From contig OZ251235.1 of the NCBI GenBank assembly GCA_965240325.2, forward strand, positions 62,001 to 126,000: a DNA stretch of 64,000 nucleotides. Direction: 5' to 3'. How positions within the stretch are numbered: the first letter of the stretch is position 1; each line of letters begins with the position of its first letter. Positions 56,067-64,000 of this stretch are shown here, in pieces. The notes below the pieces were generated by a model. The model made no database searches and had not been told where the DNA came from. It saw only the letters and a program-made list of their open reading frames with translations. This stretch comes from Rebecca billardiae RCC1528. Lineage: Eukaryota; Protista; Haptophyta. A program made the translations under genes and the position numbers.

Positions 56067-59000
56067 CTATGCCTCCTCGCCCGCCTTGCCGGCCGAGGCT
56101 CCCCCTTCCTCGAGGTCGATCAGCTCGGCGCGCCCGCGCCCGCCTCCGTTCGCCCCAGCGCCGTTGGACTTGAGCTTGAGCTTGGGCCTGGGCCGCGGCG
56201 GCGACGAGGCCCCGGCGCCTTCCTCGCCCCGGCTCGCGCGCAGCGGGCGGATGAACTTGCTGACGGGCGAGCGGAGCACAGACCTGCCGGACTCGGCGCC
56301 ACCGCCGCCGCCGGCGCCCGAGCCCCGCGCCGCCGCCGCCGCCGTCGCCTCCGCCGCCGCCCTGTCCTGCTGCTGGCGGGCGCGCGCCGCTGCGGCTCTG
56401 ACGAGGGGCACGAGCGCTCGCACCTCGCGGTTGATGCGGCGCTCGGTCGCGAGCTCGACGGCCAGCTTGAGCCGGCGCGTCACCTCCGCCGCGTGGTCCA
56501 GCTTGGTGGACAGGCGGGCGCGCGCCGCCCACCACGCGCCGCCGCCGCCGAGCGCGCCGCCGCCGCGCTCGCTGCTCGCCCAGCTCCCGCGCGAGCGCGG
56601 GGTGCTGGCACTGGCGCGCTTGGCGACGCTCTCGCCGACGCGCGCGGGCAGGCTGGGCTCGGACGCCGCGTCCGCCACGTGGAACGCGTCAAAGGCGGCC
56701 GCCACGTCGCGATTCGCGTGCGCCACCGCCGCGCCGCTCCACCGGCCCGCGCTGCCGCGCACGCGCTCGCGCGTGCTCTCGCGCCGAGAGTCGCACCCGC
56801 ACGAGGCGGCGGACTCGCGCGGCGTGGGCTCGGGCGGCGGCGCGACCACCTCGACCTCGATGGCGTCTGCGCGCCCGCCCAGCGCGTGCCACGTGTGCAC
56901 CTCGATCAGCGCGTGCAGCTTGCGCGTGAGCGAGGTGCTGGCCAGCACGAGCACGCCGCGGCAGAGCGCGAGCCTGCACGGCGTGTGCTCGAGCGCGGAC
57001 ACGCGCGACAGCCACGCGCCGTTGCCCAGCGCGTCGATCCACACGGTGGGGCGGCGGCCGTGCTGCCGCTCGAAGCGCTGGGCGAAGAGGCGCAGCGCGT
57101 CCGCGCGCGCGCTCGCCGGGTCCGCGTCGGAGTGCACCACGTAGTAGTCGGCGGGCGCGGGCGTCTCGAGCGCGCTCGACGCGGCCGTGAGCTGCCCCGC
57201 GCTCGGGTAGCTGTTGAGCGACTCGCTCTGCTGCGCGCTCGAGGCGGCGCCGGTGCTCGCGCGCGTGAGCTCGTCGGCGAGTGCGCTCGGCGCGGCCAGC
57301 GCGCCCTCCGCGCCGCTCGTCGACCGGCGCGGCTCGCCGCTGCGCGCGCGCGCCGCGCGCGCCGCGACGCAAGCGTGCCACGGAGGCAAGGCGGCGGCGC
57401 CGCCGCTCGCGGCCGCAGCGCCCGCCCAGGGTGCCGCGCCTCGGGGCCGGCCAGGCTCGTCCGCGAAGCCGCCGCCGCCGCCGCCCGCGCTCGCGCGCGT
57501 GCGCTGCTCGGGCGCGGGCTCCCGCCCGACGCGCCACAGGCCGTCGAAGCTCGAGCGCGCCTGCCGCCGGTCGGGCGCGCCGCCCGCGGCGGCGGCCATG
57601 CTGAGCGCGCTGTTCGCCCGGCCGGACCGCCCAAACCGGGCGGGCATGGGCGCGGAGAGCTGGCCGGCGAGCGGCGGCGGCAGGAGCGGGTCGGCCGCGC
57701 TGGCGCGCGCGCCGCCCGCCCGCCCTGCGCCGCCGCCCGCGCCCACGCCGCCAAAGCACGCGCGCTGCGTCGGCTGGTTCGCCCACCAGCGCCAGTGCGA
57801 GCCCGACACGAGGGCGGCCATGCGCGTCGCGTCGTCGTGGCTGGAGGCGTCCAGCAGCGCACTCGGACGTTTGGGCGGCGAGCCGAAGGCGCCGGGCTGG
57901 CTGGGCCGGGCGGCGATGCGCAGGTCGAGGGCCGCGTCGTCCGCACCGACGGCGACCACGCTCTCCGCAGCGCTCGAGCGCTCGGACGCGCGAGCGGCGG
58001 CGCGCGCGCGCGCGCCGTCCGCGCCGCCCGGCGCGAGCGCGGCCGGCGCGAGCGGTTGCGTGCCGCCGAGCGCTCCGAGCACGGAGTCCTCGAGGGGGAC
58101 GGGGAGGAAGGCGCGCGCTGCCTCGGCGACGAGCTCGGCGGGCTGGCGCTCGGCGCGTGCGCTGCCGAAGCCGAGCAGGGGCGCGAGCGCGACGATGTGC
58201 TCTGGCCGCGCCGCCTCATGCGCGTGCGCGCCCGCGCGCGCGCGAGGCGGCTGCTGCGGCTGCGGCTGACCGCTGGCCGTGCCGCCCGCGCCTGCGGCGG
58301 CGTCCGCGGGCCGCGGGCCGCCGGCTGCGGCCGTCGCCGTCGGCCAGGGCGCGGCGTGCGCCCTTTGGCCTGCTGCCGCGGGCAGCAGGTCGGGCATCGC
58401 CCCCGGCTGCGCCGCCGGGCGCACGGTGCCCCGCTTCGCGCGCCCCTGGCCGCCCGGCGCGGGCGGCCACTGGCGGCCGCGCGGCGCGGCGCGCGCGATC
58501 GGCGCGAGCACGGCGCGCGAGAGAGCAGTCTGCAGGCGCATGCGCCACGCGGGCGTGAGGGCCGCGCAGCCGAGCGCGGCGTGCAGCGCGCCGATCAGCG
58601 CGAGCACCGCCGCCTCGCCCTGCCCGAGCTCCGTCGTCGCCACGTGCAGCCCCGCCAGCGCGCCGAGGCCGAGGCCGAACGCACCGACCGCGCTCCACGC
58701 GCCCCGCAGCAGCGCGCGCGCCGAGCGCCAGTGCCGCAGCGCCGCGCCTGCCGCGAGGAGCGCGAGCGCGCCGAGCACGGCGAGGGCGAGCACCGCGCGC
58801 GCGAGGCGTGCGCGCGGCTCGGGCCCCGCCTCCACGCGCGTCGCCGCCGTGCTCAGCACCACCGCCTTCCCGAGCACGAGCAGCGCGACGTAGCACAGAC
58901 TGACGGCGGCGATGCCGAGCGCGCCGCGCCGCGCGGCCGGCAGCAGCGCGTCCGCCGGGAAGATTCCGAGAAGTGTCAGGTGCGCGCCGACGGCGAGGAG

Positions 59001-61009
59001 CAGGAGGTAGCCGAGCATGCGCGGCGCGAGCTCGGCCTCCGCGTGCCGCGCCGCCGCGCCGCGCCACGCCGCGCCCAGCCCCGGCTCCGCCGCCGTCGCG
59101 ACCAGCGCGCCGAGCATCAGCAAGACACCCGCGGCCGACGCGGCGCGCGTCGCGCGGTGCTGCTGCACGTGAGCGGTGCCGAGCGCGCCGTCCAGCAGCT
59201 CGCGCGTCTCGTCGAGCGAGAGCGGCGGGCTGCGCTCGGAGACGCCGCTGCTCCGCCGCAGCGTCTCGAGGTGCCACGACGACTGCCGCTCGAGCACGCC
59301 CGAGACCCGCCCGTCCTCCGAGCCATCCGCGTGCGAGCGGCGCGCGTTGCCGCCGCCGCAGACCGGGCTCGCGCCGCCGCCGCCGCAGCGCGCGAGCAAG
59401 GCGAGCGGCGAGCCGGCGAGCGGGCCGCCGCCGAGCCGGCGGTGTGCGCCGTGCTTGGCGCGCTTCCCGCCCACGCCGCCGACCCCGCCGCTCCCGCCGC
59501 CGCCCACGCCGCGCGAGAGCACCCGCCGCCCCCGCCGCGCCTCCCTCTGCGCGCGCGCCACGTCGTGCAGCGTGTCGCGCACGAGCTCGAGCACGAGCGA
59601 GGGGTCGAGCGCGTGCTCCGCGCGCATCAGCAGCCGGTGCTGCACGCCGCCGACGCGCACGACGGCGGCGCGCGCCGCGCCGCGCGAGACGAAGACCGAG
59701 CTCGAGCCGGGCAGCGCCATCACCAGCGCCGCCACCTGGTACGCCTTCACCAGCCCGTTGAGATGCTCGCTCACGTCGTCGGCCGCGCCCAGCCGCGCGT
59801 ACTCGCCGCTCAGGTACTCGGCGGTGGAGACGCCGCAGAAGGTGGTGAAGAACCAGAGCTTCGTGTTGCGCGCGGGGAGCTCGCCCGCGCACAGCCGCTG
59901 CCACAGCCCGTTCAGCGCCGCCAGCTGCGCCCTCGCCAGGTACTCGATCAGCGACGAGTCGAGGTGCGCAGCGAACGATCTCGCCAGCTGCGCGCGCGCG
60001 CGCGCGCACGCGCGCGAGGGCAGCGGCGGTCGGTGCGGGCGCGCGCCGCGGGCCGGCGGCTCGATCGCCCGCCGTCGCAGGCGCTCGGGCTGCGCAGGCA
60101 TCCACGGCCGTGCGGGCCCCCACGCACATGCCCACGTGCGCACACACGGGGCCACGCACGGGGCCGCCCGCCCTCCCGAGGGCAGCACGCGCGCGCACAC
60201 ACACGCACACACGCACACACACACACACACGCGCGCACACACACGCACACACGCACACACGCGCACATGCACACACACACACGCGCGCGCGCACCTGCAT
60301 CGGCAGCATTGGCACCGCGTCTCGGCCGATCACGCTCATGCCCACGCGGTGCTCGAAGCACCAGTCGTACGTCGCGGTGGCGGCGGCGCGGTCCTTCTCG
60401 TTGTTGTTCGAGCTGTCCGCCGTCCAGCCGTACTGCCCCGCCGAGCGCGCCTTGAGACCGCCCATCACGGAGACGGAGTGAGTCCGGCTCACCACGAGCT
60501 CGGTGCTCTCGCGCGCAAACGACGCAAAGTCGGTCATGGCGGAGGCGAGCACCCAGCGCACCGAGCGCGGCGGCGCGGCGCGGAGCACGGCCTCGAGCAC
60601 GCTCGCCGCGCTCTCCAAACGGCGCCCGTCCACCTTGTCGTACCCGTCGAGCGCAAACTCGTGTGGCGCGACTGCGTGCGCCTCGCCGCGCGCGCCGATC
60701 CCGACCGGGATCTCCGGCTCGCCGACGAGGTCGAGCACGCGGCGCGCGAGCGTGGCGCGTTGCTCGGGCCGAGCGCTGCCGTTACACACGACCGCGGAGA
60801 GCTCGATCTCTTTCTTCTTGTGCAGCATCGCTGCGACGAGGATGCACTTGACAGCATCCGGGTCAGGGCCTGCGCAGCGCCGCGTGACGCGCGTGGTGAG
60901 CGGCAGCGGGGTGCTCGGAGCACCCGCGGCGCAGAAGGCGGTGGCACGCACCAGGGTCGTTGATGATGATGATCCGCGGCTTCAGCCGCGGCTCGAAGAG
61001 CAACGCCAT
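56067..61009 (-). CDS. Nucleoside-hydrolase-like / 6TM / TIR-like fusion protein, copy B (exons 61009-60952, 60869-60295, 59987-56067; alternative start 61093)
   Basis: IIINDPGPDPDAVK, IPVGIG, ASAMTD, VSVMGG, SNNNEKD and KAYQ, then about 6 TM, then DYYVVHS..VWIDALG..VLVLAS....KLHALIEV. Collinear with copy A and shares the MLPMQ|LA intron position. Confidence 0.85.
60196..60282. repeat. (CA)n/(CG)n compound microsatellite inside an intron
   Basis: Directly visible within intron 60294-59988. Confidence 0.9.
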
Positions 61010-62120
61010 GGCGCCACTCCCCGCCCACGGCGCCCCCGATGTTACCTCGGTCTCGGGGCGCTCTCCAAGCGTATTTACTCTCTGGACCCCCATACTGTAT
61101 TATTGTTGTGATAGGCGTGCTTCAGGTTTTGTCTCCCACGAGACAGCTCACCATCTGACATGCAACTAGAGGAGATATGTAACAGCTGTATGTGGTTGCC
61201 AGTATGGGTAATATGCGAACCCTTTCAGTGTTCTTTTGTATCATACATTCTCAAGCACCCACGCGGCAAAGCGTCTTTTAACGGCATGATGATAAATCTA
61301 CTACTACTAGTAGTAGTACATAGAAAACTGTGCGTGTAACGGACTGATGGAAACGGCAGGCTGTATGAGTCGGAAATATGCATGTATAGGGATGTATCAT
61401 AGTGAAAAATGTGAAAACTACCGTCACACACACACGCAGACTTTTGTCCACGTGGTGTGCTGCTGCCAGGGAGTCCTCGTTGGCCAGCAGCGAGCACTGC
61501 GAATGCACCGATGCTCATTCAGTCTTTGGCTGCCCGCCAAGTTTCCGCTTATCGCCGCGCGGCGCGGAGCGGCAGAAGCAGCGTGCGGGGGCAGGCCGCG
61601 GGCCGGGCCGTCGTCAGAGCGGTGAGCTTCCAGCTTACACAGACAGTCGGGCCCAATAGCCTCGGCGGGTGTCCTCAATTGCTTCGGAGACGGGTTATGC
61701 GCGTGTGACTGCCGGCTTGCTGTGCGGAGCCACCACGAAGAAACTGATTCAGACCTGGCACGGGAGGCAGTGACTTCAGCAGCGGCACCGTGACCACCAT
61801 CGTCATCATCATCGAGCGGTCGGTTGCATGGCAACTTACCCGGCGTCCCAGCCAACGGCGACCAACCGGCACGCCATGGACTCATCGATCTCCCCGCGTG
61901 GTCAAGCGCAACTCCGCCATCCGGGCTGGGCGACTTGGGCGCCTGGGCCGCTGTTGGGCGGGCCGCGGGCGCCATTTCTCGCGCTCATTATTCCTTGCTC
62001 ACTTCTTGCCGCGCGCGCACTCAAGTTCAGGTCTTCAGGACGACTGGGCTGCGCGGTGGGCTCGCCCTGCTCCCGGCTGGCCCGGTGGCGCCCTGACGAG
62101 GCACTGTCTTCGTCACCATC

Positions 62121-63873
62121 ATGAAGCGAGCGCGCAACACGGGAGAGGAGGAGGACAGCGCCGGCGCGGTGCGCGCGCGGGCACGCGGCGCGCCACCCGC
62201 GGTCAACGCTCGATGCGCCCGCGCGCACGTGGGCTCGGCTCGTCGCACTCACACGGCACGCCCTGCGCGCGTGCGCGCCATGCATCCCTGCAGGGCCGCG
62301 GCAAGAAGTCTGCCCGCGCGGAGAGCAAGCCCGCGGCAGACGAGGCGCCCAAGGGGCCGACGACCACGCGTGGCGCCGCCAAGTCGGGTGGCGAGCGCCC
62401 CGCCGGCCGCCAGCTGCGCGTGAAGCTGACGGGAGCTCCGCCGATGCTTCGCGAGGGCGCGGGTGCCATCTCAAGTGATGAGCCGTCGGCCGAGGCGCCC
62501 GCTGCGGGGATCGCGGCGAGCGCGCCCGCCGGGCATTTCGCGCCGCGCACGCAGGTCATCCTCACCAACGGCCGCATCTCGTACGAGGCGGAGGTGCGCG
62601 CACGCTGCGCGGCAGCAGTGCGCGCGTGGAGGCGCGCCCGCACTCGCGCGCTGACACTCGCGCGATGCCGCGGCTGCGCGCGCGCGTGGGCGATCGCGCG
62701 CGCAGATCGTGCGCTACGCGGAGCGCCCCGCACCGCCCGCCGCGCCCGCGAAGAAGGGCCCCGCGGGCTCGCGGGCCGCCGCGCAGCAGCCGGCGCCGCC
62801 GCGCGCCGCCCCAGGCCCGCGCTGGGGCTACTACGTGACCTACCTGCGCTGGCCCAAGCGGCCGGAGGAGTGGGTGCCTGAGAGCGTGGTGCAGGCGTGG
62901 ACGGAGGCGGCGGGGAAGGTGCGAGCTGCGCCCCCTCCCGCGCGCGCGCGAGCGCCGCCGCCACGGCTCCGCTCCACCCGACCGCGCTCACGCACCGCGC
63001 GCGCGCACGCCGCTGATGCGCTGTGCGCCGCCCGCCGTGTGCGCGCGCCTCGATGCCTGCCCCGACCCCTCCTGCTCCGCCGCTGCCGCCGTCTCGTGCG
63101 GCGCGGCGCGACACCAGGCGGCTTCGATCCGACCGCCGCGCAAGGAGCAGTGGGATACCGCCGACGCCGCGGGCGCCTCCGCCGCCGACGAGGTGGGCAG
63201 CGCGGAGGAGGGCGGTGGCCAGGGGGCAGCGGCCAGCGGCGGCGCTGCGGAGGACGCGGCCGCTGCCGGCGGCGCGGCCGGCGGCGCGGCCGCGGCGGCG
63301 GGCGGCGCGGCCGCGGGTGGCAGCCGGATGACGGAGCGGCAGCAGCTCGCGCTGCTGCTCAAGGAGTCCGACGACTCGCGTGGCAAGGTGCGCGGTCGGG
63401 CGTCCGCAGCCGCCGCGGGCTCGTCCGCCGCCGACGCGGACGCGGACGCAGAGGCGGGCGGCGGCGGGCGCGGCGGCAGGGCTGCTGCCAAGGGCGGCGG
63501 CGCCGCCGCGGGCGCAGGCGCGGGCAGCAGCGTGCGCGCGGAGGAGGAGGAGGCGAAGGTGCTCAGCGGGATGCCGCGCGGCGCGGCGCGCTCCGAGCGC
63601 CGCGTCGCCGCGCGCGAGTCCGCGCAGCAGCAGCACATGGCGGACAAGGAGGAGGCGATGACCGCGCTCGGCGCGCTCGCTGCCGGAGCCTTCCAGCAGG
63701 CGCACGCGGCGGAGGCGGAGGAGGGCGGAGCCGCCGACGACGGCGAGGACAGAGGCGAGGAGGGGATGGACGACGACGGCGCGGACGACGACTACGACGA
63801 CGACGGCGACGGCGTGGGCGGCGATGTCGGCATGGGCGAGGAGGAGGCCGAGGAGGAGCTCGAGGGCGAAGAG
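62121..63873 (+). CDS. Chromatin protein with Tudor-knot/chromo-barrel domain, 3'-partial (exons 62121-62168, 62294-62593, 62706-62918, 63118-63873, continues beyond the window)
   Basis: Spliced YEAE|IVR...YYVTYLRWPKRPEEWVPES matches the MRG15/Esa1-type Tudor-knot pattern. An acidic tract follows, and there is a GT donor at 63874. Confidence 0.7.
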
Positions 63874-64000
63874 GTGCGTGCGCACACGCGCTCTGTCGGC
63901 TGCGCGTGCTGAGCCCTCCGTGTCGCCCCTGCGCCATGAGTTGGTGTGCACGGCACCGCCTCTGCGCCGGCTGTGCGCGGCAGCGCGCCGCCGCGCGCTG

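Noticed and set aside
61286-61350. C/D-box snoRNA (ATGATGA...CTGA)
   Set aside because: Short, with a weak terminal stem and a low-complexity interior. No recognisable rRNA antisense element.

Overview
Gene-dense, very GC-rich eukaryotic nuclear DNA. It has short GC-rich GT-AG introns (GTGCG...GCGCAG), AT-richer spacers and microsatellites, which suggests a microalga such as a haptophyte (inference from style only). About 24 protein-coding genes can be supported, many of them in head-to-head pairs. Most long ORFs in the supplied track are antisense or off-frame shadows caused by GC bias. The main candidate for an undescribed system is a pair of paralogous genes (21727-26144 + and 61009-56067 -). 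Each fuses an IU-type nucleoside-hydrolase-like domain to about 6 TM helices and a C-terminal TIR-like domain. One copy keeps the hydrolase Asp residues and the other has lost them. Other notable items: an intronless protein of about 1356 aa built from six 4-TM modules (3 x 2, Orai/PGG-like); a transcription factor with 5 AP2 domains plus a homeodomain and a fresh 213-bp domain duplication; an F-box/OmpA-like fusion; a virus-like NPPY amino-methyltransferase; a P450 lacking the I-helix Thr; and a TA-flanked MITE family. All exon boundaries were inferred by eye.
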